Counted from the first letter of the stretch, positions 1-8,187 are shown. The stretch is DNA of 44,768 bases from an archaeon (GCA_030651515.1 JAUSEO010000026.1:1-44768), one strand, 5' to 3'. The notes: generated from the letters alone by a model not told the origin. Numbers and translations are program-made.

Positions 1-2
1 AG

Positions 3-329
3 TTTAGGGGAAGGTTTGGAAGAAAAGACATCAGGAGAAAAAGCAAGGCCAAGTGGGCAAAGTGGCGCCACCCTCAGGGAATAGACATCAGCCTCAAGAA
101 AGAGGATGGGGCTCTTCCAAAGACTGGTTACAGGACCCCAAAAGAAATAAGGTTTTTGCACCCAAGCGGTTTTGAGGAAGCCTATGTAAGGAACACAAGT
201 GAGCTTGCCGGTATAAAAAAAGGCGCAGTTGTAAGGATTTCGGGGACCGTGGGTAAAAAAAACAGGAAAACAATCGTGGTAGCGGCAAAAGAGCTAGGCA
301 TAAGGGTTTTGAACAGGGGATTTCAATGA
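3..329 (+). CDS. rpl32e: 50S ribosomal protein L32e (5' end outside window)
   Basis: Frame is open from the window edge: ...KWAKWRHPQGIDISLKKEDGALPKTGYRTPKEIRFLHPSGFEEAYVRN... TGA at 327-329 overlaps the ATG of the next gene. Position is upstream of L19e in the canonical archaeal operon. Confidence 0.85.
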   Translation, partial: FRGRFGRKDIRRKSKAKWAKWRHPQGIDISLKKEDGALPKTGYRTPKEIRFLHPSGFEEAYVRNTSELAGIKKGAVVRISGTVGKKNRKTIVVAAKELGIRVLNRGFQ

Positions 330-754
330 ATGCTTTGAAGGCAAGAAAAGTGGCTGCACGCCTCTTGAAGCGCGGTGAAAGCAAAGTGTGGATTGACCCA
401 ACAGCATCAGCAAGGGTCAAGGAAGCGATTACAAAAGAGGATGTCCGCGCGATGATAGCTGACGGAATCATCAAAAAAAGAAAAGACGATGAAAAAACAA
501 ACCCAATCCGCGCAGGCAGGAAAAAAAGGGGAAAAACAGGCCCCGGGAAAAAAAGGGGAACCGCCAAAGCCAGGAGCCAGGAAAGAAAAAAATGGATAAA
601 GGGCGTCCGGGCGCAGAGGAAAAAACTCGTTGAGCTGCGCGAAAAAAAAGTGAATTTCAAGGTCCCGTACAGGAAAGTATACCGAATGGTAAAGGGTGGT
701 TTTTTCAAGGGGAAAAAATATGTTGAAAGTTTCGTTGCAGGTGAGAAAAAATGA
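326..754 (+). CDS. rpl19e: 50S ribosomal protein L19e
   Basis: MNALKARKVAARLLKRGESKVWIDP... is a typical L19e N-terminus, with a basic tail and the expected operon position. Confidence 0.9.
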   Translation: MNALKARKVAARLLKRGESKVWIDPTASARVKEAITKEDVRAMIADGIIKKRKDDEKTNPIRAGRKKRGKTGPGKKRGTAKARSQERKKWIKGVRAQRKKLVELREKKVNFKVPYRKVYRMVKGGFFKGKKYVESFVAGEKK

Positions 755-1254
755 CGTCGACTTTTCTGACAAAGTTCCGCAGAAGAATTGAGCAGAAAAC
801 AAATTACAAAAAAAGGCTTGCATTGCTCAAGTCCAAGACGGACCGCGTTGTAATCAGGCGCACAAACAACCAGGTAATAGTGCAGCTTGTCAAGTTTGAG
901 TCAGGCGGGGACAGGACATTGTGCAGTGCAGTTTCAAGTGAACTCAGAAAAATGGGCTGGAAGTCAAGCACCAAAAACATGCCGGCATGCTACCTCACAG
1001 GGTTTTTGTGCGGGGCAAAAGCAAAAAAGGCAGGTGCCTCCACTGCAATACTTGACATGGGCATGCATACGCCTGTACACGGTGGGAGAATTTTTGCAGC
1101 CCTGAAGGGATTCGTTGACGCCGGGATAAAAGTGCCCCTGGAGCAGGAAGTACTGCCAAAAGAAGACAGGATTTCCGGAAAGCACCTGCAAAAACCGCTT
1201 GCAGAGTTTGAAAAAGTTTTGAATGAGATAAAGTCAAAAGCAGGTGAACAATAA
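751..1254 (+). CDS. rpl18: 50S ribosomal protein L18 (uL18)
   Basis: RRRIEQKTNYKKRL...VIRRTNNQVIVQLV is the uL18 signature. Start overlaps the L19e stop. Confidence 0.9.
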   Translation: MTSTFLTKFRRRIEQKTNYKKRLALLKSKTDRVVIRRTNNQVIVQLVKFESGGDRTLCSAVSSELRKMGWKSSTKNMPACYLTGFLCGAKAKKAGASTAILDMGMHTPVHGGRIFAALKGFVDAGIKVPLEQEVLPKEDRISGKHLQKPLAEFEKVLNEIKSKAGEQ

Positions 1255-1976
1255 TGGTGGACAAGATAGCAGGAGTTCTTGAAGGCCTTGAGGGAAAAGA
1301 AGACAAAAAGGCTATAGAAGAGGTTATTTCAAAAAAAGAAAAAAAACTCGATGACTGGGTCCCGAAAACACAGAGCGGCAGGCTTGTAAGAAACGGGGAA
1401 ATTGGCTCGCTTGACGATTACTTTGCAAAAGGGCTCAAGGTCTTTGAACCGGAAGTGGTTGACTTTCTTTCCCGCGACATGGAGGAAAAAATGATTGAAT
1501 TCAAGAAAACCGCGCGCGTCACAAGAAGCGGGCGTGTTTTTTCTTTCAGGGCAGCAGTGCTTGTCGGGGACAAAAGCCAGTATGTCGGGCTTGGAGTGGG
1601 AAAAGACAAGGAACGGTTTCCTGCACTGAGGAAGGCAACGAAAAATGCAAAGCTTTCACTTGTGAAAATCCGGAGGGGTTGTGGCAGCTGGGAATGCAGG
1701 TGCAGCGAAACACACTCTGTCCCTTTCAGGGTTGAAGGAAAAAGTTCAAGCGTCAGAGTAGTCTTGATTCCAGCGCCAAAAGGAACAGGGCTTGTAGTGG
1801 GAAACAACATCAAGGATGTTTTGGTGTTTGCAGGGGTGCGCGATGTCTGGAGCAAGACTTACGGGAACACTGCAAGCAAGCTTGACTTTGTGAAAGCCAC
1901 AATAAGGGCACTCACAAGCAGTGGAAAAGTAAAGCTTTCAAAAGACATTGAGGCAAAAATGGGGGGAGCGAAGTAA
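1254..1976 (+). CDS. rps5: 30S ribosomal protein S5 (uS5)
   Basis: Has the RVTRSGRVFSFRAAVLVGD and PAPKGTGLVVGNNIKDVL blocks typical of uS5, in operon context. Confidence 0.9.
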   Translation: MVDKIAGVLEGLEGKEDKKAIEEVISKKEKKLDDWVPKTQSGRLVRNGEIGSLDDYFAKGLKVFEPEVVDFLSRDMEEKMIEFKKTARVTRSGRVFSFRAAVLVGDKSQYVGLGVGKDKERFPALRKATKNAKLSLVKIRRGCGSWECRCSETHSVPFRVEGKSSSVRVVLIPAPKGTGLVVGNNIKDVLVFAGVRDVWSKTYGNTASKLDFVKATIRALTSSGKVKLSKDIEAKMGGAK

Positions 1977-1978
1977 AA

Positions 1979-2440
1979 ATGCTGGCAGTCATAAGAATCA
2001 GGGGAACAGTGAACGTTTCCCCAAAAATAAGGAAAACGCTTGAAGTACTCCGGCTGTACAAGCCGCACCACGCAGTGCTCGTGGATGAAAAGACAACTTC
2101 CCGCAAAATGGTTGTGCTTGCAAAAGACTACGTGGCATTCGGTGAAATAAAGCCTGAAACGCTTTCAGAACTCCTTGCAAAAAGAGGCCGTGTGGCAGGA
2201 AACAAAAAAATTTCGGTGGAAAAACTCAAAGAAATAGGGGCAAAGGATTTCTCTGACCTTGCAGGAATCCTAATGGATGGCAGGAAAAAACTTTCAGAAA
2301 TTGGGATAAAAGAAGTTTTCCGCCTCAATTCACCAAAAAAAGGTTTTAGGAGAGCAGGGATAAAACAGGCTTTCCGCGCGGGCGGGAACCTCGGGTACAT
2401 GGGCGGGGAAATCAACGTGCTTTTGGGAAAAATGATGTGA
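1979..2440 (+). CDS. rpl30: 50S ribosomal protein L30 (uL30)
   Basis: MLAVIRIRGTVNVSPKIRKTLEVLRL is the uL30 N-terminal motif. Confidence 0.9.
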   Translation: MLAVIRIRGTVNVSPKIRKTLEVLRLYKPHHAVLVDEKTTSRKMVVLAKDYVAFGEIKPETLSELLAKRGRVAGNKKISVEKLKEIGAKDFSDLAGILMDGRKKLSEIGIKEVFRLNSPKKGFRRAGIKQAFRAGGNLGYMGGEINVLLGKMM

Positions 2441-2446
2441 TGCGTT

Positions 2447-2914
2447 ATGATTGACAGGAAAAGAAAAAGGAAAAACAAACTGCGCGGAAAAAGGACTTTT
2501 GGAAGCGGTGACACAAAGAACCGCAGGGGCGCGGGTTCAAGGGGCGGGAAAGGAAAAGCCGGTTCAAAAAAACACAAGTTCAGCATTTACTATGTTTTTG
2601 CCGGAAAAATACTGCGAAGGCTAAAGGCAAAGCCAAAAGGCAAAATAGTGAACGTTGAATACCTCAACCAGAAACTTGAACAATTGGCAAAAGAGAAAAA
2701 AATCGGGCAGGAAAACGGCTTGTTTGTTGTTGACGCAAAAAAACTCGGTTTTTACAAAATTCTTGGAAGGGGAATAATTACGAGAAAAATGCTTGTAAGA
2801 AACGCGCTTGTCAGCCGCAAGGCAAAAGAAAAAATTGAGGCAGCGGGCGGAAAAATAGAGCAACTTTCCGGCATTGAAGAAGCAGAAGATACAAACAGGG
2901 AAGAGGAAAACTGA
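2447..2914 (+). CDS. rpl15: 50S ribosomal protein L15 (uL15)
   Basis: Gly/Arg-rich N-terminus RGKRTFGSGDTKNRRGAGSRGGKGKAGS. Lies between L30 and SecY. Confidence 0.85.
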   Translation: MIDRKRKRKNKLRGKRTFGSGDTKNRRGAGSRGGKGKAGSKKHKFSIYYVFAGKILRRLKAKPKGKIVNVEYLNQKLEQLAKEKKIGQENGLFVVDAKKLGFYKILGRGIITRKMLVRNALVSRKAKEKIEAAGGKIEQLSGIEEAEDTNREEEN

Positions 2915-2916
2915 AA

Positions 2917-4389
2917 ATGCCTAGCATACTTGCAGTACTTGACCCGGTTTACAGGCTTTTGCCGGAAGTGAAAAAACCCGAAGTACAGGGCAGCCTCAAC
3001 AAGAGAATCACCTGGACGCTTGCAGCACTGGTTTTGTTTTTCATAATGGGAAACATCAGCGTGATTGGAATAGAGGCAAGCACTGCTGGGCAGCTTGCAC
3101 AGCTCCAGACAATACTTGCAAGCCAGATTGGAACCATAATAACAGTTGGAATCGGGCCTATTGTCCTTGCGTCCATAATCCTTCAGCTGCTTGTCGGCGG
3201 CGGGTTAATACAGGTTGACCTGACTGACACGGCAGAAAAAGCGCGGTTTACGTCCATGCAAAAACTGCTTGCAATCATTCTGTGCTTTGTTGAAGCAGGT
3301 GCTTACGTTTTCGGCGGGCTTCTCAGGCCGGCAGAGGGAATGTTTTTGTTTGTAATACTCCAGGTTGCAATTGGCTCGCTTATACTGATGTTTCTTGATG
3401 AAGTGGTTTCAAAGCACGGGATTGGTTCAGGAATCAGCCTCTTCATTGCAGGCGGGGTAGCCGGAGACGTTATCTGGAGGATATTCAACCCGCTTAACAG
3501 CCTGCGCGAACTCACTTTTTTTGGAAACGGGACAAATACTGGGGCAGGGCTAATCTGGCAGTTTTTTGCAGGCATACAATTTGACGGAGTGTTCTTGTCA
3601 TTTGTCACCAACCTTTTGCCGATTGTTTTCACGCTGGTGGTTTTCTTTGCCGTCGTGTTTGCAGAGGGAATGCACATAAACATCCCCATTGCAGTGGGAA
3701 GGGCGGGGCACAAGGCACGCTTTCCGGTAAAGTTTTTGTACGTTTCAAACATCCCTGTCATACTCGCAGCGGCATTGTTTGCAAACATTCAGCTCTGGTC
3801 AACCCTTTTGAGTGGCAGGCTTTCAACCGTGCCTGTGGTTGGGATTTTTCTTGAAAACGGGCTGAAGTTTTTGGCAACAATAGTGATTGCCCCGTTTCGC
3901 CTTGTTGAAAATTTTATCATCCAGGCTTCAAGCGAGGGGCTGGGTGTTTTCCAGACAATGGTAATGCAATTAGTACAGAGCATTACCACTTTGCAGCTTG
4001 TAGGGCTTGGGGGGCAGGTACTGCATGGCATTCTGTACATTTTTCTTTTGACCGTTTTGTGCGTTATTTTTGGAAAATTCTGGGTTGAAATGGCTGGCCA
4101 GGGGCCACAGGCTATTTCAAACCAGCTTGAAAAAAGCGGCATGTTCATCCCAGGGTTTCGAAGGGACCCAAGGGTCGTGAAGTCAATCCTTGAAAGGTAC
4201 ATCCCACCAATCAGCATCCTTGGCTCAATGTTTGTCGGGCTCTTGGCAGGGTTTGCGGACCTTACCGGTGCACTTGGAAGCGGGACAGGGATACTCCTGA
4301 CAGTTGGAATTGTTTACAGGCTTTATGAGGAGCTTGCAAAGCAGCAGTTAATCGAAATGCACCCTGTATTGGGGCAGTTCTTTGGTTGA
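2917..4389 (+). CDS. secY: Preprotein translocase subunit SecY
   Basis: 490-aa polytopic membrane protein at the canonical position after L15. Contains SecY-like blocks GIGPIVLASIILQLL and GILLTVGIVYRLYEE. Confidence 0.95.
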   Translation: MPSILAVLDPVYRLLPEVKKPEVQGSLNKRITWTLAALVLFFIMGNISVIGIEASTAGQLAQLQTILASQIGTIITVGIGPIVLASIILQLLVGGGLIQVDLTDTAEKARFTSMQKLLAIILCFVEAGAYVFGGLLRPAEGMFLFVILQVAIGSLILMFLDEVVSKHGIGSGISLFIAGGVAGDVIWRIFNPLNSLRELTFFGNGTNTGAGLIWQFFAGIQFDGVFLSFVTNLLPIVFTLVVFFAVVFAEGMHINIPIAVGRAGHKARFPVKFLYVSNIPVILAAALFANIQLWSTLLSGRLSTVPVVGIFLENGLKFLATIVIAPFRLVENFIIQASSEGLGVFQTMVMQLVQSITTLQLVGLGGQVLHGILYIFLLTVLCVIFGKFWVEMAGQGPQAISNQLEKSGMFIPGFRRDPRVVKSILERYIPPISILGSMFVGLLAGFADLTGALGSGTGILLTVGIVYRLYEELAKQQLIEMHPVLGQFFG

Positions 4390-4393
4390 GAAG
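4371..4393 (+). repeat. Direct repeat 1 (secY 3' end, includes the stop codon)
   Basis: ggggcagttctttggttgagaag recurs at 4475-4497 with one mismatch. Confidence 0.9.
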
Positions 4394-4415
4394 TATGACT
4401 AACAAAAATAGGAGT

Positions 4416-4473
4416 GTATTACTGCCCCGTTGAAAACGGGGCATATACGCGCCGTGAACCCGCGCAAGGGTTC
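4416..4473 (+). repeat. Structured intergenic element, copy A (short form)
   Basis: GTATTACTGCC-CCGTTGAAAACGG-GGCATATACGCGCCGT-GAACCCGCGCAAGGGTTC: two hairpins with conserved flanks shared with copies B-E. Confidence 0.85.
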
Positions 4474-4474
4474 T

Positions 4475-4497
4475 GGGGCAGTTTTTTGGTTGAGAAG
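4475..4497 (+). repeat. Direct repeat 2 (duplicate of secY 3' end)
   Basis: ggggcagttttttggttgagaag matches 4371-4393 at 22 of 23 positions. Confidence 0.9.
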
Positions 4498-4629
4498 GGT
4501 GAAAAAAGGTGGAAACTAACACAATGCAAAAAGCCGGAAAAAACAAAAATAAGAGGTTTTTTATTGCATTCGCTGGCAAAATATTTCACATTAGCCCGGT
4601 TTTCCCCAAATTAAAAAAGGCGGTTTTTC

Positions 4630-5154
4630 TTGGTTTTTTTTAACCCACAAATAGAGATTTCTGTCTTGGCAGCATTGCTTGCGGTAGTGAGCCAGTTTGT
4701 GCAGACAAAGTTTGGCAACCGCAAAGAAATGCTCAGGCACCAGGATGACATGAAGAAAAAACAGGACAAAATGAAAAAACTCGCCCAAAGCAGCAACCCC
4801 GGGGCGAAAAAAGAAATAGAAGAACTTGAAAAGGAAATGCTTGAATCCCTGAACGTGGTAATGAAAATGTCTACAAGAACAATGATTTATTCAATGGTGA
4901 TTTTTTTGCCGGCGTTTTTTTTGCTTGGAGTATTTTACTCTGAAGCAGTAATCAGCCTGCCGGTTCCGATTCCATGGTTTGCACAAGACCTGTCGCTTGT
5001 GAATCCGTTTACATGGTTCTCTTTTTACACACAGACCAATTGGACCGGGTGGTATGTCCTGAACTCGCTTGTGTTTAGCCTTTTGATACTTGCTCCTTTG
5101 ACAAAGTTTTTGGAAAAAAGAAAAGAGGGTGTGAAAGTTGCCGCGGCCAGCTGA
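4630..5154 (+). CDS. DUF106/EMC3-like membrane protein (archaeal YidC/Oxa1-like insertase candidate)
   Basis: TM helix, then a charged coiled segment (KKKQDKMKKL...EIEELEKEMLE), then 2 TM helices. Usual position after secY in archaeal operons. TTG start is uncertain. Confidence 0.6.
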   Translation: MVFFNPQIEISVLAALLAVVSQFVQTKFGNRKEMLRHQDDMKKKQDKMKKLAQSSNPGAKKEIEELEKEMLESLNVVMKMSTRTMIYSMVIFLPAFFLLGVFYSEAVISLPVPIPWFAQDLSLVNPFTWFSFYTQTNWTGWYVLNSLVFSLLILAPLTKFLEKRKEGVKVAAAS

Positions 5155-5482
5155 CAGGTGGAGAAAGAGGACTTTTGTGCGCACTCCAAGCGGGAAAACC
5201 CAGATGCGCTTTAAGGACAAAAAATCAAGTGAACACACATGCGGGCTGTGCGAAAACGAACTGCACGGAGTCCCAAATGGAAAGAAAAACTCTGAAGTCC
5301 TTGCAATGGCAAAAACACAGAAAAGGCCGACACGGGTTTTTGGCGGGGTCTTGTGCAGTGGATGCACTACAAGAATAATAGAGGAAGCCTCAATGGTAAA
5401 AACAAAACAGAAAGAGCTTTCAGCGGTTTCTTTTTCGGAAAAAAAGTTTGTTGAAATGGCTCTTGGAAAAATCGGTGAATGA
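5138..5482 (+). CDS. rpl34e: 50S ribosomal protein L34e
   Basis: MPRPADRWRKRTFVRTPSGKTQMRFKDKK...CGLCENELHGV fits L34e. TTG start overlaps the upstream gene end. Confidence 0.85.
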   Translation: MPRPADRWRKRTFVRTPSGKTQMRFKDKKSSEHTCGLCENELHGVPNGKKNSEVLAMAKTQKRPTRVFGGVLCSGCTTRIIEEASMVKTKQKELSAVSFSEKKFVEMALGKIGE

Positions 5483-5718
5483 AAATGAAAAGCGCGCTTG
5501 ACATCGGGAACGTCTGCATAAAGACAAAGGGACGCAAAACAGGGCAGAAAGTTGTTGTCGTGGGTTTTGAAAAAGGCTTTGCGCTCGTGCAGGGGGCTTT
5601 TGGAAAACAAAAAAAATGCAACGTGAGGCACTTGTTTCCAACGGGGAAAATGATTCACGTTACAAAGGATGAATCGGAGCAGAAAATCGCGCAGAAACTC
5701 AGAGAGGTTGAATTTTGA
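5479..5718 (+). CDS. rpl14e: 50S ribosomal protein L14e
   Basis: KOW-like IGNVCIKTKGRKTGQKVVVV...KKCNVRHLFPTGK matches the L14e pattern. Confidence 0.75.
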   Translation: MKMKSALDIGNVCIKTKGRKTGQKVVVVGFEKGFALVQGAFGKQKKCNVRHLFPTGKMIHVTKDESEQKIAQKLREVEF

Positions 5719-6254
5719 TGGCTGAAGAAAAAGAAAGCAGCAGATACATTGTCAGGATTGCAGGCAAGGACCTTAACGGGAAATTCGCCATTCCACGCGC
5801 ACTCACTGGAATAAAGGGGATTGGCCAGAGAATGGCAATGAACATTGCAATTGCATTTGAAAAGCAGAGCGGAGTGAATTATGAACTCCCGATTGGAAAA
5901 TTGCCGGAAGAACTTGACAAGAAACTTGAGGAAATTGTTCTTGCACCGCAAAAATTCGGGATTCCATCATGGGCTTTTAACCGCAAAAACGACCCGGAAA
6001 GCGGTGAAAATATACACTTTGTCCAAAATGAACTGGATTTTTCACTCCGGCAGGACTTGCAGCGCATGAGCGAAATCAAGTCCTACAAGGGACTGCGCCA
6101 CACAATTGGCCTGCCTGTAAGGGGGCAAAAAACCAAGAGCACCCACAGGGGCAAAGGGCCTGTTGTAGGGGTAACAAAGAAGGACATTATAAAGGCACAG
6201 GCACCAGCAAAGGCTGGGGCAGTGCCGGAAAAAAAGGAAGAAAAGAAAAAGTGA
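5715..6254 (+). CDS. rps13: 30S ribosomal protein S13 (uS13)
   Basis: YIVRIAGKDLNGKFAIPRALTGIKGIG...YKGLRHTIGLPVRGQKTKS. Confidence 0.9.
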   Translation: MMAEEKESSRYIVRIAGKDLNGKFAIPRALTGIKGIGQRMAMNIAIAFEKQSGVNYELPIGKLPEELDKKLEEIVLAPQKFGIPSWAFNRKNDPESGENIHFVQNELDFSLRQDLQRMSEIKSYKGLRHTIGLPVRGQKTKSTHRGKGPVVGVTKKDIIKAQAPAKAGAVPEKKEEKKK

Positions 6255-6261
6255 TTAATGA

Positions 6262-6897
6262 ATGGGCGACATAAAAAAACCAAGAAAACAGTACAGTGTC
6301 CCAAGAAAAAGGTGGGACAAGGTGCGCATTGAAAAGGAAAAGAAAACCGTTGAAGCCTACGGCCTGAAGAACAAGAGGGAGTTGCGCCGCTTTGAAACTT
6401 TTTTGCGCAACAAGAGAAAAAATGCAAGGCACCTCCTTGCACTAACAGAGGCAAAGAGGGCAAAGTCTGAAAAAGAGCTTTTTGAAAGCATTGCAAGAAT
6501 CGGGCTTCTCCCAAGGACTGCTTCAATTGATGATGTTTTGAGCCTGCAGGTGGAAGAAATCCTGGAAAAAAGGCTTGCAACAATTGTGTGGAGAAAAAAC
6601 CTTGCAAAGACAATAAAGCAGGCGCGCCAATTTATAGTGCACGGGCACATTGCAATAGGCGGGAGAAAAATCACTACACCAAACTATATCGTGAAGGCAA
6701 CTGAAGTTGACAAGATTGGCTACTACAAGAGGCCAATGCAGCTTGAACCATTCAAAGAGGATTCGCGCGAGCAGATGAAAATGGAATTTGAACAGGCAAA
6801 AGGCGAAGCACTGGGCGAAACAACTGTTGAAGAAACCATGGAAGAAACTGTTGAACCATCTTCAGTGGAACACTCGGTGAAAGGTGAGGCTCAATGA
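6262..6897 (+). CDS. rps4: 30S ribosomal protein S4 (uS4)
   Basis: MGDIKKPRKQYSVPRKRWD...YGLKNKRELRR...ARQFIVHGHIAIGGRKITTPNYIV (S4 domain). Confidence 0.9.
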   Translation: MGDIKKPRKQYSVPRKRWDKVRIEKEKKTVEAYGLKNKRELRRFETFLRNKRKNARHLLALTEAKRAKSEKELFESIARIGLLPRTASIDDVLSLQVEEILEKRLATIVWRKNLAKTIKQARQFIVHGHIAIGGRKITTPNYIVKATEVDKIGYYKRPMQLEPFKEDSREQMKMEFEQAKGEALGETTVEETMEETVEPSSVEHSVKGEAQ

Positions 6898-7280
6898 CTG
6901 CAAACAGGGGCCTTGTGCACATTTATGCTTCAAGAAACAATACGATAATCCTTCTCACTGACGAGACCGGCGCTGAAACAATTGCAAAATGCAGCGGTGG
7001 AATGGTAGTGAAGTCACAGCACAAAGAGGGAAGCCCTTATGCTGCAATGAAGGTTGCAGAAATCGTTGCAGAAAAAGCAAGGGAAAAAGGCATTAATGAA
7101 ATCAGGGTAAGAGTCAGGGGCCAGGGCGGCATACGGCCAAAAAACCCGGGCCAGGGCGCAGAAGCCGCAATTTTGAGCCTGACAAGAAACGGCATGAGGA
7201 TTAGTTCGATTGAAAATGTCACTCCTTTGCCCCACAATGGGACAAGACGGAAAAAAAGGCACCGGAGCAAGAAAAAATAA
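6894..7280 (+). CDS. rps11: 30S ribosomal protein S11 (uS11)
   Basis: GLVHIYASRNNTIILLTDETG...GINEIRVRVRGQGG...IENVTPLPHNGTRRKKR. Confidence 0.9.
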   Translation: MTANRGLVHIYASRNNTIILLTDETGAETIAKCSGGMVVKSQHKEGSPYAAMKVAEIVAEKAREKGINEIRVRVRGQGGIRPKNPGQGAEAAILSLTRNGMRISSIENVTPLPHNGTRRKKRHRSKKK

Positions 7281-7296
7281 ACGCGGGGTTTGGTTT

Positions 7297-8052
7297 ATGG
7301 AAGTGAAAAAAATATTTGAAAAAGACAACCTGACCAGGATACTGGTCAGCGGGACAAGCACGGCTTTTGTGAACAGCATCAGAAGAGCCGCAATGAGCAG
7401 CGTGCCCGTAATGGCAATAGAAAATATCCTCATTTACGAGAATTCTTCAGTAATGATTGACGAACAGCTCTGCCACAGGCTCTCACTCCTGCCGATAAAG
7501 ACAGATATTAAGGCTTACAAGAAAGGCGAGAAAGTCAAAATGGTTCTTGAAAAAGAGGGGCCGTGCACTGTGTACAGCAAGGACATCCAGAGCACGGAAC
7601 CATCAATTGAAGTCATTGACAAAAAGGTCCCGATTGTAAAGCTTGCAAAAAACCAGACACTCAAACTGGATCTTGAAGCAGTTATGGGCATTGGCAAAGA
7701 GCATGCAAAATGGCAGCCGGCGCTTGTGGCATTCAACGAGGTCCCGGACATTTCAGTCAAGTTTGCAGACCCAAAGGAACAAAAAGCTTTTTTGGCGACG
7801 GTTCCAGAAGGAGTGTTCCAGGAAAAAGGCGGAAAACTCGTGCTTACCGACCCCGTGGCAACAGACATTGATGTGGCGGCAAAAGCAGTTGAAACCGCTC
7901 CAGGGCCACAGGAATTTGAAGCAAAAGAAGGTTCTTTTGTTTTGTCAGTTGAAAACTTTGGCCAGCTTGAGACAAGCGAGCTGCTCTCTGAAGCAGCAAA
8001 CGTTTTGTCAGAGAAAGCAAAACAGTTAAAGGAGGAACTCAAAAAAATATAG
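7297..8052 (+). CDS. rpoD: DNA-directed RNA polymerase subunit D (Rpo3)
   Basis: FVNSIRRAAMSSVPVMAIENILIYENSSVMIDEQLCHRLSLLPI is a RpoD/Rpb3 dimerisation-domain motif. ATG at 7297 is preferred over the 7210 start, which overlaps rps11. Confidence 0.85.
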   Translation: MEVKKIFEKDNLTRILVSGTSTAFVNSIRRAAMSSVPVMAIENILIYENSSVMIDEQLCHRLSLLPIKTDIKAYKKGEKVKMVLEKEGPCTVYSKDIQSTEPSIEVIDKKVPIVKLAKNQTLKLDLEAVMGIGKEHAKWQPALVAFNEVPDISVKFADPKEQKAFLATVPEGVFQEKGGKLVLTDPVATDIDVAAKAVETAPGPQEFEAKEGSFVLSVENFGQLETSELLSEAANVLSEKAKQLKEELKKI

Positions 8053-8094
8053 TTATGCAGGGGTACCGAAGTGGCCAAACGGGCAGGACTTAAG

Positions 8095-8187
8095 GAACGA
8101 GCCTTTGCGTGAGCTCGCGACGCTTATGTGTCCGGCCTGGTGGCCGGACGGTAATAATGTTGCAGTCAACGCGAAAAAGTTTGAGTG
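8095..8187 (+). other. tRNA-Leu intron (37/38 site) with a bulge-helix-bulge motif
   Basis: Central 4-bp helix is CTTA (nt 32-35) paired with TGAG near the intron 3' end. It is flanked by 3-nt bulges AG|G and TG|A. Outer helix is AAC/GTT. The intron interior carries copy E of the structured element. Confidence 0.75.
8098..8158 (-). repeat. Structured element, copy E (inside the tRNA-Leu intron)
   Basis: The + strand reads CGAGCctttgcgtgaGCTCG-CGACGCTTATGTGTCC-GGCCtggtGGCC-GGACGGTAATAAT. It is colinear with the reverse complement of copy D. Confidence 0.7.

Noticed and set aside
94-708. Long antisense or out-of-frame ORFs across the ribosomal and housekeeping genes. Examples: 94-708(-), 2128-2586(-), 4891-5658(-), 8376-9020(-), 21538-22113(-), 23037-23534(-), 43273-43872(-).
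   Set aside because: They overlap genes with unmistakable conserved products on the + strand. Their translations are low-complexity (F/S/L/P-rich) with no recognisable motifs. These are shadow ORFs of purine-rich coding strands.
4416-4473. Structured elements considered as box C/D sRNAs, L7Ae K-turns, SRP RNA or RNase P RNA fragments.
   Set aside because: There are no RUGAUGA/CUGA boxes. There are no tandem G.A pairs at the internal loop (TAC/T asymmetric loop). None of the conserved SRP or RNase P blocks I know are present, and the elements are too short.
4526-4618. 30-codon ORF MQKAGKNKNKRFFIAFAGKIFHISPVFPKL considered as a gene or an adk remnant.
   Set aside because: It is too short, has no P-loop or other diagnostic motif, and lies in A-rich spacer. 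It is mentioned only as part of the gap observation.
7210-7296. Upstream ATG at 7210 as the rpoD start.
   Set aside because: It would overlap rps11 by 71 nt and add a non-conserved basic extension. The ATG at 7297 gives a typical RpoD N-terminus (MEVKKIFEKDNLTRILVSG).
8095-8187. tRNA intron considered as encoding a homing endonuclease or a C/D sRNA, as in some archaeal tRNA-Trp introns.
   Set aside because: It is 93 nt with no ORF and no C/D boxes. Its content matches the structured repeat family instead.
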